In this document: in pieces, positions 32,501 to 42,981 of the stretch
Layout of the letters: every line of letters starts with the position of its first letter
Numbering within the stretch: position 1 is the first letter of the stretch
NCBI RefSeq assembly: GCF_001194135.2
Contig: NC_068988.1
Location: forward strand, 22,082,390 to 22,125,370
Reading direction: 5' to 3'
Source: Octopus bimaculoides
Taxonomy: Eukaryota
Length of the DNA: 42,981 bases
Translations under genes and position numbers: made by a program
Notes under the pieces: generated by a model
Databases searched by the model: none
What the model saw: only the letters and a program-made list of their open reading frames with translations
What the model was told of the DNA's origin: nothing

Positions 32501-33552
32501 CGTGTGTGTGTATGTATGCATATATATATATATATATATATATNNNNNNNNNNNNNNNNNNNNNNNNNNNNNNNNNNNNNNNNNNNNNNNNNNNNNNNNN
32601 NNNNNNNNNNNNNNNNNNNNNNNNNNNNNNNNNNNNNNNNNNNNNNNNNNNNNNNNNNNNNNNNNNNNNNNNNNNNNNNNNNNNNNNNNNNNNNNNNNNN
32701 NNNNNNNNNNNNNNNNNNNNNNNNNNNNNNNNNNNNNNNNNNNNNNNNNNNNNNNNNNNNNNNNNNNNNNNNNNNNNNNNNNNNNNNNNNNNNNNNNNNN
32801 NNNNNNNNNNNNNNNNNNNNNNNNNNNNNNNNNNNNNNNNNNNNNNNNNNNNNNNNNNNNNNNNNNNNNNNNNNNNNNNNNNNNNNNNNNNNNNNNNNNN
32901 NNNNNNNNNNNNNNNNNNNNNNNNNNNNNNNNNNNNNNNNNNNNNNNNNNNNNNNNNNNNNNNNNNNNNNNNNNNNNNNNNNNNNNNNNNNNNNNNNNNN
33001 NNNNNNNNNNNNNNNNNNNNNNNNNNNNNNNNNNNNNNNNNNNNNNNNNNNNNNNNNNNNNNNNNNNNNNNNNNNNNNNNNNNNNNNNNNNNNNNNNNNN
33101 NNNNNNNNNNNNNNNNNNNNNNNNNNNNNNNNNNNNNNNNNNNNNNNNNNNNNNNNNNNNNNNNNNNNNNNNNNNNNNNNNNNNNNNNNNNNNNNNNNNN
33201 NNNNNNNNNNNNNNNNNNNNNNNNNNNNNNNNNNNNNNNNNNNNNNNNNNNNNNNNNNNNNNNNNNNNNNNNNNNNNNNNNNNNNNNNNNNNNNNNNNNN
33301 NNNNNNNNNNNNNNNNNNNNNNNNNNNNNNNNNNNNNNNNNNNNNNNNNNNNNNNNNNNNNNNNNNNNNNNNNNNNNNNNNNNNNNNNNNNNNNNNNNNN
33401 NNNNNNNNNNNNNNNNNNNNNNNNNNNNNNNNNNNNNNNNNNNNNNNNNNNNNNNNNNNNNNNNNNNNNNNNNNNNNNNNNNNNNNNNNNNNNNNNNNNN
33501 NNNNNNNNNNNNNNNNNNNNNNNNNTATATATACATATATATATATACATAT

Positions 33553-33717
33553 ATACGACGGACGTCTTTCAGTTTCCGTCCACCAAATCGACTCACAAGG
33601 CTTTGGTCGACCCGAGGCTATAGTAGAAGACACTTGCACAAGATGCCACGTAGTGGGACTGAATCCGGAACCATGTGGTTGGTAAGCAAGCTACTTACAA
33701 CACAGCCACTCCTACGC
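33553..33717 (-). mobile_element. SINE family A, 5' half; rest runs into (TA)n and gap
   Basis: Near-identical to 42745-42899. Confidence 0.93.
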
Positions 33718-33851
33718 TATTTATTGTCGTAACTAAAAATATTCTTGTCTGTATGCTTCCTCTTGGTTGAATACGAAATGAAATTCTACTTAATCCCCAT
33801 GTGCATACTGCCTTTAGTGAATTTTGAGATGAGTGGAAATCCCGGGACACT

Positions 33852-34072
33852 TTTTTTGTTGTTGTTCAATCTTAGATTAACCCCAATTCAAGGTGCATAG
33901 TTCGATGGTAATCCAGACCAGTGCATAATCTTTTCTATTCAGAGATTGTGTATATATTCATATTATCCAATATATCCTTCATTTGTTTTTAAAGACAGAA
34001 CGAATTAAATTGAGAGTGGGATAAGTAGCTATTTCTAGCAAGCTGCATGACTGCATAGAGGTCACTAAGTGG
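33852..34072 (-). mobile_element. Family D, longest copy with (AAC)n/A tail
   Basis: Reverse complement GTGACCTCTATGCAGTC..TTGCTAGAAATAGC..GAAGGATATATTGGATAAT..GATTGAACAACAACAAAA. Confidence 0.65.
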
Positions 34073-34299
34073 TTTCTATTGTTGTGTTGCTTCTGAGCTC
34101 TAGTGTCTTCAATTTGAAACGTGCAATCTATGCACATATCCAGCAACTTCTTGCTATAGAGTAACGATTGATTTCTGCATGAAGCAGTAAATATATTCTG
34201 TAAAGATGGATTATTGTAGATTATATGTCTTACAGTGACAGATAATTGGCTTAATACTGTAAAGGGTTCTCCATTTCCTCGCTTATAAGAAAGAGGAAA

Positions 34300-35090
34300 G
34301 TAGCTGTTTCCGTCAAAGAGGCGGAATTTCGTCCAGATATTTCGTAATCTGAGGGAGGCTTACTGCCAATTCCTTATGGATAGATGTGAAGGAAATAAAA
34401 TAAATATTAGGAATCTTATTTTGTCTCGTGACTAAGGCATCCATGTATGTGGGATACCAATGAAAAAAATAAAATAAAATAAAAGCTCTTCTGGATATCT
34501 TCCAATTGGATATAATTCTTTTGCTTTTGAAATATCTATAATACATCGACTTTTCGTTCGTTCTTGAATCATTTAGCATCAGAAATGATGTTCTTTGTAT
34601 TGTCCCATAGTGTTTCCTAAAAGGTCTCAATTCAACCTCGGTAAGAGACAGAGATTGTTCAATTTCGATTTACCGATTTCACGCTGGATATCGTTTTGAT
34701 TATTCTTTTCTTTCTTCTACATTTTTAATTTCATTGTTTGAGTAGGTTTGATATATCGTATTCTACTGAGTAATTAAGCTCGTTTATCAAACCTTATTCT
34801 CTGCTGATCTTTAACCTGGAATTATATAAGCTTCATAATCTCTATTGTCGTTGTTATGTTTGCATCAGTAAACACATTCCTTTTCAGTTTTATTCAAGAA
34901 ATACTCCTGTCAAGCACCAAACCAAAGTATTTTAGTATTTCGTTCGCTATCCAAATATTGTCGGATTAAATTTAAAATTTTGTAATACTACATCAAATAC
35001 TGGAACTACTTTCAGGACCTGAACACTTTTCCAGTCTTTACCTTAGAGCTTCAACGATATTTTTGATCTCAAATGGAGAAGCAGATTAAA
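34300..35090 (-). pseudogene. Heavily decayed LINE RT remnant (clade uncertain)
   Basis: EALR*RLEKCS, then NEILKYFGLVLDRSIS* (about 34890-34945), resembling KYLG..LD..L.W. Boundaries approximate. Confidence 0.4.
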
Positions 35091-35702
35091 TATTTTCTCA
35101 AACCGATTAATTAAACTTCTGTATTCCAGAAATATTGAATTCTTGAAAATGGTTATTATCGATTATATTGACGCTACCCAGTACGTGAATGGTGAATCGT
35201 TTTATCGACCGTAGATTGATGAAAAGTAAAGGAGAACTCAATGTAGTAAAAGGTTATGACTTAATAACGCCTATTATTTCATATCTCTCTGCACGTTATA
35301 CATTCCAGAATGTATATGTACACCGCAGAGAGGCCTGCTGATGTGGTTTTTGTTTCTTCATTCACATGCCGTATTAAAAACAATACACATCGAAGAATAT
35401 ATTTGCAGTAGTAACGCCTTTCGGCTTTCTTGATGCTTGTAAAAACGTGTAACCATCTGTGACATTTTTCTTAGCATTTTGAATTCAAATGCCGCTGACG
35501 TTCACTTTATTTCCATTTATCCGAGGTTGAGAAAAAATAAAGTATCAATCAAGTTCCAGGGTTCGTATAGTCGACTATTCTTCAATACCAACATGTACTG
35601 GGGTGGTATGGAACAGCAAACTCACAAATACCGCTTAAGATTTGTCCTACGACAACAGGTGAAGTGACACACCCACTGTCGTCACATAGATGTTAGATGG
35701 AA

Positions 35703-35970
35703 GGCAACGAGTTGGCACACTGGTAAAAATTCTTAGCGGCATTTCTTCCGGCTCTTTTCGCCCTGAGTTCAAATCTCTCCGAGGTCATCTTTGCCTTTCA
35801 TCTCATCAAGATTAGTGGAGCGATGTAATCGACATTCCCCGTCTTCTCAAAAGTGCTGGCCTTGGGACCCCAACGGACAGGCGTCCTGTTCAGGGGCAAC
35901 CTGATCAAGGTTACTTATACGCCATAGAAACCGGGTAAGCGACCCTATTATGTGTCCTAAGGCTCAAGAG
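35703..35970 (+). mobile_element. SINE B (35703-35866) joined to the 3' part of SINE C (35873-35970)
   Basis: B head and GAGTTCAAATC box, then CGGACAGGCGTCCTGTTCAGGGG..TATACGCCATAGAAAC, which matches 9519-9562. Confidence 0.75.
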
Positions 35971-36164
35971 AAATGAAAGAAAATATATTTCTGCCCAAAC
36001 ATCATGCATACACATAAACAGATAGTCTCACACGCACGCATGCCCCCCCCCCACATATACTCAATCTCTCTAAAGGTAGATCACATCAGATGAAGGATTA
36101 CATGTAAGAAAATGGTCTAATCATTCGTTTTACCTCCATTGAAGTTGTTATTGATATTGATTAT

Positions 36165-36290
36165 AATAATCCTTTCTATTACTGGTACACAGTCTGAAAT
36201 TTTGGGAGAAGAGGTAAGTCGATTACATCCACCCCGGAAAGGATAAAAGACAAATTCGACCTCGGCGATAATTGAACTCGGAACGTAACA
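36165..36290 (-). mobile_element. SINE family B fragment, internally deleted
   Basis: AAGTCGATTACATCCACCCC joined to GGAAAGGATAAAAGACAAATTCGACCTCGGCG. Confidence 0.8.
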
Positions 36291-37951
36291 CCTAATTATA
36301 CATACTCTGAGAACTCATTAGTAACCTTGCAACTGACAACACGATATCAATATTTCTGATTGATCGCTTCCAAATTTTATCGAAATTAATTAAGCTTACA
36401 CAATTATCTTCTCCTTACCGAATTTAGTCAGTAATTAAAGCGATTGTGTTTGTACAGATGAAAGCTCAAGAGTGACCTAAAATGTTTTTGCTATTAATTT
36501 TTCTAATTCAATTTGCAGAATATCATTAAGCAAAAATTAAATAGAGATGGAGAACGTATTGTATAGCAAAATGTGTTTCTTCAACTATTTACTTTTTTCC
36601 AGAGGATCTACATTTTCAACAGATAACTGACAGATCTAATTCGCAAGATAGTATGAGATATAATCATTTTTTTTTCTGTTTTCCTATTGCATTCTTTGAG
36701 GCGTTTTCTTTTCTCACAAGATAATTACGTGTTGTTAGAGCGCTTTGCTGTAGGTCGCAAAGGATCATTAGAAAACCCATATAACTGACAAGACTGTCAA
36801 CGCTGGATTAAAAAGAAAATATACAACGGTTAAGTCCGGATATATCTTTGCATGTGACATACGATTACATTTTTGGCTTATATTTTTCTATTACAAAATA
36901 CTCCATAGCTATTTTACTTCCTTTGTGAAATTCTATATACAAATGCAATGCTGTCAACTAATGTTTTGCATCCAATTTACAATTTGTACACTGTTTTACA
37001 GTTAGTTGCGATAGCTCTTTGTTGCAAATACATAGACGGCTGGCGCCGGAGCGTCGTGCCCCCCTTACCTTATGAAACACCCAATGTGTTTTATCATTAA
37101 GATAGCAATGACTTTGAGAATAATTACCGCGTTGATTAACGCTCACATATTTGTATATACAGACGCATATGTTTGCACACATATGCAGACAAACATGCCT
37201 CGTATATCATGCTCGCAAATTTACATACATTCACACATTCACAAGCATATTGAAAACTTCAGGCAAGAAAGACGGCCGCAGAAAGAAACATATGAACTGA
37301 TAGAAGCAAGAGCCCACACCCACTGTTACTGATACAATTAAAGACAACACCCAATTAGAACAGTTCTCTTGGCGGGAGATCGTGGTACGGTGAAACTCGA
37401 TCATTCAGTTGAAATGAGGCATATATTCAACAACAGTTTTTAAGTAATTCTCCCTCATAAGTTTAATATCTCAGCGTTCGAATAAGTATCATTACTGGTG
37501 ATGGGCCATTCCTCAAGAAATGACAAACAAATTAAACATGGAATAAAACGTATTCAATTGAAAAAATACTCATGACATAAAAAAAAACCTCACCCGAAGA
37601 GTTAAGTCCAAACGATTAAAGTTAGGCAAACACATATGAAAAAAAATACGACAGCCACACATCAAGTCGAGAGAAAATTTGGACTAAAAACATCGAACTA
37701 TCCTCTCTAACTAAAAGACCTAGAAATGTTCGAACGAAGGTGACCTCATCGACATTATAAGGAAGTTAAGATTTGATATACCTGTGCATGTGTGTGTGCA
37801 TGTATGTATGTATGTATGTATGTATATATGAGTGTGTGTGTGTCTGTATGAATATTTATTGATTTCCATATATATGTAGTACTTAGGTCTTTTTTTTTTT
37901 AAATGATAAATATATGCATAACTATATATATGTATATATACATACATACAA

Positions 37952-38007
<56 letters not shown>

Positions 38008-38248
38008 NNNNNNNNNNNNNNNNNNNNNNNNNNNNNNNNNNNNNNNNNNNNNNNNNNNNNNNNNNNNNNNNNNNNNNNNNNNNNNNNNNNNNNNNNNNNN
38101 NNNNNNNNNNNNNNNNNNNNNNNNNNNNNNNNNNNNNNNNNNNNNNNNNNNNNNNNNNNNNNNNNNNNNNNNNNNNNNNNNNNNNNNNNNNNNNNNNNNN
38201 NNNNNNNNNNNNNNNNNNNNNNNNNNNNNNNNNNNNNNNNNNNNNNNN

Positions 38249-38293
<45 letters not shown>

Positions 38294-38315
38294 GTACACA
38301 CACATACAAACACGA

Positions 38316-38348
<33 letters not shown>

Positions 38349-38780
38349 CGTATACATATATATATCAATGATACCGTCTCACTATGTAAATCATCAAGTG
38401 TATTGTTGTTACATATTCTTAATCTGATCTCCTAAATGTTGTTTACGTAAGTAACTCCGATGCCAAAGGTGTTGCAGCTTTCATTAATGTTGACAATGTT
38501 GTTTTGGTATTAAATGTATCACTAATGTTTTTTTTGTTTGTTTGTTTTTTTTTTTTTCATTCTATTTTGTATATTTTACATAAAGATATGGCTGCTCTTT
38601 TTTTCTTTACTGTCGGGTATTGTTTTTGTTGTTATTTCTTCATTTATTTATTTATTTATTTGTCTATTCTTTTTTGGTTCTGGAGAGTAAGTTGAAGACT
38701 GTTGTTACTAAATCATATCTGTAAGCCATATTGACAAATAGGATTAAGTATTGTTTGCAGACGAGGTGAAACAACAACAC

Positions 38781-38841
38781 TAATAATAATAATAATAATA
38801 ATGATAATAATGATAACAACAACAACAACAACAACAACAAC

Positions 38842-38874
<33 letters not shown>

Positions 38875-38875
38875 A
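38781..38875. repeat. Compound (AAT)n(AAC)n(AAT)n repeat
   Basis: Seen directly. Confidence 0.95.
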
Positions 38876-39486
38876 TCTGCATTTTCCCCTCGTCCTCTTA
38901 TTCCTTCCTCATTCTTCGCGTTCTTCGATTTGATCTTTTTTTTTTCCCCACCGCTGTATTTCTTCATTTTTCCGTCGATGAAAATAAGTTTTACATACAC
39001 AATGATTCTTTTATACTTATTCCACTTGCATTCACGACTGCATAACCACAAAACCTTACAAGAACATGAAAACATTTACGAGCATAGACACGAACTCGCA
39101 ATACAATCATTCATACATACACGCAAATACATTTCTCTATNNNNNNNNNNNNNNNNNNNNNNNNNNNNNNNNNNNNNNNNNNNNNNNNNNNNNNNNNNNN
39201 NNNNNNNNNNNNNNNNNNNNNNNNNNNNNNNNNNNNNNNNNNNNNNNNNNNNNNNNNNNNNNNNNNNNNNNNNNNNNNNNNNNNNNNNNNNNNNNNNNNN
39301 NNNNNNNNNNNNNNNNNNNNNNNNNNNNNNNNNNNNNNNNNNNNNNNNNNNNNNNNNNNNNNNNNNNNNNNNNNNNNNNNNNNNNNNNNNNNNNNNNNNN
39401 NNNNNNNNNNNNNNNNNNNNNNNNNNNNNNNNNNNNNNNNNNNNNNNNNNNNNNNNNNNNNNNNNNNNNNNNNNNNNNNNNNNNNN

Positions 39487-39535
<49 letters not shown>

Positions 39536-40029
39536 CACAGAATGGTATTGCTGCCGTTGTCGGAATGGGCGACTTAAAAAACTATATGTATGTACTTATA
39601 GTATATTCTGTGTTTCTTAAGTTGTCATAGTTTATATTTCCTACGGTGGTTTTCTCAGTATATTCACCTCGTCATTGAAATAAATCCTCAACTAGAAGTC
39701 AGGGATCTTTTGCAGCATGGAACAGCTTTATTGAATATTTTCACTTCCGTGTTAAGTTACGTACGCGATTGCTAATGTTACCTGTGATAGTCTCTATTAT
39801 GATGGACGGTTTGAGGAGTTCTTATTTACGCATATTGGTTTTTACTTTGGATCTACGTTAACGAAGATTTTTCATTTGTTTCGATTTACGTTTAGATTTT
39901 GTAAATTTACAATACTCAAACTGGTAATTATCATAATTTTAAAATCTTATTTTTTAAAACTCTAATTAGTGTTTTCATATTTTCTTGTGTCGCTCCGGTT
40001 CATATTATTGGATAATCCGAGTCTGTCGT

Positions 40030-40420
40030 TTCTGTATGGCTGTGTCGTAAGAAGCTTGCTATCCAACCACATGTTTCTGGGCTCAGTCCGACTTCGTGAC
40101 ATCTTGTGCAATTGCTTTCTACTATAATCTCGGGCCGATCAAAACTTTGTGAGCAGATTTGCTTGACGTAAACTAAAAGAAGCCTGTCGTGTGTATGTGT
40201 GTATGTATGTGTGTCTTTGTGTTTGTTTCGCACTACTGCTCGTCAACGAGTGTTGGTGTGTTTACGTTTCTGTAAACTAGCAGGTCAGCAAAAAATATCG
40301 ATAGAATAAGTACCAGGTTTTACAAGAATAAGCACTGGGTTTGATTAGTTCGGCTAAGACCCTTCAAGGTAGTGTCCCAGTATGGCCACAGTCAAATGAC
40401 TGAAACAAGTAAAAGAATAA
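40030..40420 (+). mobile_element. SINE family A, full-length older copy
   Basis: TGGCTGTGTCGTAAGAAGCTTGCT head, short internal (TG/TA) tract, tail CAGTCAAATGACTGAAACAAGTAAAAGAATAA. Confidence 0.92.
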
Positions 40421-40689
40421 TAAAATTATTTCCTATATATTTTTACCGATTACAATGTTTTTTTGTTCTTCTTTATTATCAAATCACTTAACTCTGGTAC
40501 AATATCTGTTTCTCTAGTGTAAACGTGGTGCTATTTCTCAGCAACTCACTTTAGTTGGATTGACGCCATTACATATTCTTTTGGCTATAAATGTCAATTT
40601 GATTCTTTAATCTTCATCTGTGTGAGCAAGCTCTTGCATAGAAGAACGAATCGAATGATAGACAGGAATGATTTCTTAGAAATCTCACA

Positions 40690-41520
40690 ATGAAAAGCTA
40701 ATTGAACTACATTACAGTATGCTGATAGCTGTGTTCTAGTAGTACACATTCCAGAAGTCAGCTTATTAAATTAAGGGCCGAACGTTAATATTCAACCTGA
40801 GATCACTTGAACATGATACATTACATGAAACTCTCACATTCTCCTCCTTTCCCAACGAAGCAGTAAGAAATAACCAAGCTCCGTCAGAAGGAACTTTTAC
40901 GACCTTAGACATACATCTGTATTATTTAGAAGGTTCAGAGAGTTTTTCTGATGATGCCGCCATATCCAGGTCCGAGACTAATGCTCAGTGCTTCAATTTT
41001 CCCTTATAAGTGCAACGAACCACACACAACTGACACAGTGTGAAACTGGAGACATCTAGCATTCAATATGTCTCCAGAAGATCATTTCAGTTCTTCGGGG
41101 AGATAAGATACAGAGAAACATTCCGACGAACAAGAACCTGCAGGATCGAATCTACACTGGACAGTAATCTCTCGGAGACAGTAATGTCTCGGAGTTATAG
41201 TTTTTATATCGAATTGTGGACGAGGAACCACAATCGTTCAAATGTGGCAAACATCGTTACATGCCGTTTGCTTTGGTGACTTCATTGTAGTGTAGGACTA
41301 GAAAATCCAATGGAGAGGTACCTCTAAACATCATGGGAAGTGGGAAAAGTGGCATCCAGTCTAACCCTTCCAACCAAACATTTCTATGTCCCACCAGCTG
41401 TGCACCAACTATTTGTGTGCATCAATTATTTGTATGCATCAAGTATTCGTATACACAATCGACAAAGAAATCAGCGATGAAGATGGTGGCCATCAAAAGA
41501 TACGATGGAGAAGTATAGGC
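40690..41520 (+). pseudogene. Decayed RTE-clade LINE RT fragment (BovB-like)
   Basis: LQYADSCVLVVH (40712; =LQYADDCALVAH); HSICLQKIISVLRGDKI..RIESTL (41060 onward); GGHQK/IKRYD near 41490. Confidence 0.6.
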
Positions 41521-41781
41521 AATATATAATTGTGGGTGCACATATAAATGAATACGTGCGTGTCATGTTATTGGATGTTCCCAGTGTATTCAAAGAACTT
41601 AGATTTTAGATAAGTAAATCCGGAACCGAAAAGGACATTGACGTTTTCAACATTGTTATCTGCCGCTACATCAACCTAGCTGCTATGACGATGATAGGAT
41701 ATGCGGTGCTGACGACGATCAGGATTATAATGAGAATGAATATTAAGAATTGCATATATCTCCATATTGCAAATCATCATA

Positions 41782-41896
41782 TTTCATCATCATCATCACC
41801 ACCACCACCAGCACCATCATCATCATCCGTATCGTCATCATCACTATCATTATCATCATCATCAACATTATCACCCTTATCGTCATCAACGTCATT

Positions 41897-41943
<47 letters not shown>

Positions 41944-42011
41944 TATCGTCATCCCCATCATCATCACCACCACCATCATCATCTTCATCTTCATCATTAT
42001 CATCACCATCG

Positions 42012-42065
<54 letters not shown>

Positions 42066-42218
42066 ACGTCGTCCTCGTCGTCATCAGCATCATCATTATC
42101 GTCTTCATCATTATCATCGTCATTATCATCATTATCGTCATCAACGTCATTATCATCATCATCCTCATCGTCATCATCGTCATCATTATCATTTTCATGG
42201 ACATCATCATTGTCGTTG

Positions 42219-42268
<50 letters not shown>

Positions 42269-42355
42269 GTCATAAACGTTGACAACCACTTCGTCGTCAG
42301 TGATGTCTCTGTCATGCTCGTCGTCGTCGTCGTCGTCATCGTCGTCGTCGTCGTC
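41782..42355. repeat. Long imperfect (CAT/CGT/CAC)n trinucleotide tract, about 570 bp
   Basis: Seen directly; it produces the poly-S/H/I/M/D pseudo-ORFs. Confidence 0.97.
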
Positions 42356-42489
42356 AACATCTCTGTTGACGTCGAAGCAGCCGAAGCAATGACACTTTCA
42401 ATGGTAATTATAAAGATAATGATGAATATGGATGTGATGACGATTATGAAGTTGACGATGGCCTCAACGGCCTTGGTGGTCTTGTTGAT

Positions 42490-42899
42490 ACTCTTTTACT
42501 CATTTACTTGTTTCAGTTATTTGACTGCGGCCATGCTGGAGCACGGCCTTTAGTCGAGCAAATCGACCCCAGGACTTATTCTTTGGAAGCCTAGTACTTA
42601 TTCTATCGATCTGTTTTGCCGAACCGCTAAGTTACGGGGACGTAAATACACCAGCATCGGTTGTCAAGCGATGTTGGGGAGACAAACACAGACACACAAA
42701 CACACACACACACACGCACATGCATATACATACATATACATATATACGACGGGCTTCATTCAGTTTCTGTCTACCAAATCCACTCACAAGGCTTTGGTCG
42801 GCCCGAGGCTATAGTAGAAGACACTTGCCGAAGGTGCCACGCAGTGGGACTGAACCCAGAACCATGTGGTTGGTAAGCAAGCTACTTACCACAGCCACT
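42490..42899 (-). mobile_element. SINE family A, young full-length copy
   Basis: A-box-like TGGCTGTGG and B-box-like GGTTCAGTCCC, internal (TA)/(TG) tract, tail TGACTGAAACAAGTAAATGAGTAAAAGAGTA. Confidence 0.95.
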
Positions 42900-42981
42900 A
42901 ATAATAATGATGATGATGATGATGATGATGATGAGAATTCTGTGGAGATTAATGATTATAATGAATATCCCCATCATCACC

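Larger units (their letters stand above)
3333..39486. other. 13 assembly gaps (N-runs)
   Basis: 3333-3542, 5499-5691, 11138-11369, 13191-14032, 14866-15380, 16595-16974, 20671-21655, 22444-22965, 26858-27336, 28126-28268, 32544-33525, 38008-38248, 39141-39486. Most abut (TA)n or (CA)n tracts. Confidence 0.99.

Noticed and set aside
3139-39620. Long ORFs in the track full of X, YI, HT, CV or homopolymer runs
   Set aside because: They span N-gaps or microsatellites and have no domain content.
1-42981. CRISPR array, rRNA, prokaryotic operon or intact functional tRNA
   Set aside because: No regularly spaced repeat-spacer array, no rRNA-like sequence and no long ORFs; the only tRNA-shaped sequence has mutated invariant bases.

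Overview
AT-rich eukaryotic draft-assembly DNA with no host protein-coding gene that I can support. It has 13 N-gaps (about 6.07 kb in total), very dense microsatellites and a layered record of transposable elements. The SINE repertoire and microsatellite density suggest an octopus genome (recalled similarity, not verified). Nearly all ORFs in the track are artefacts of N-runs or simple repeats. The recognisable coding remnants are all decayed TE proteins: two Helitron helicase C-termini (1-77 and 24799-25310), a near-complete Tc1 transposase pseudogene with degenerate TIRs (1688-2863), mariner-like fragments and a mariner MITE, two RTE-clade LINE fragments, one further weak LINE remnant and a possible Penelope RT remnant. 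At least four dispersed SINE-like families are present (called A-D here), plus one tRNA-shaped pseudogene with a CAT anticodon. The most interesting signal is a set of minimal hammerhead-ribozyme-like folds in Penelope-like terminal repeats. Most have a loop-less palindromic stem III (ACGT), implying dimer cleavage, and three copies carry a non-canonical A6U core (CUGUNGA). Other notable structures are a composite Helitron end, a Helitron helicase fragment sandwiched between the two halves of a SINE, and tandem SINE pairs that re-use one target-site duplication.
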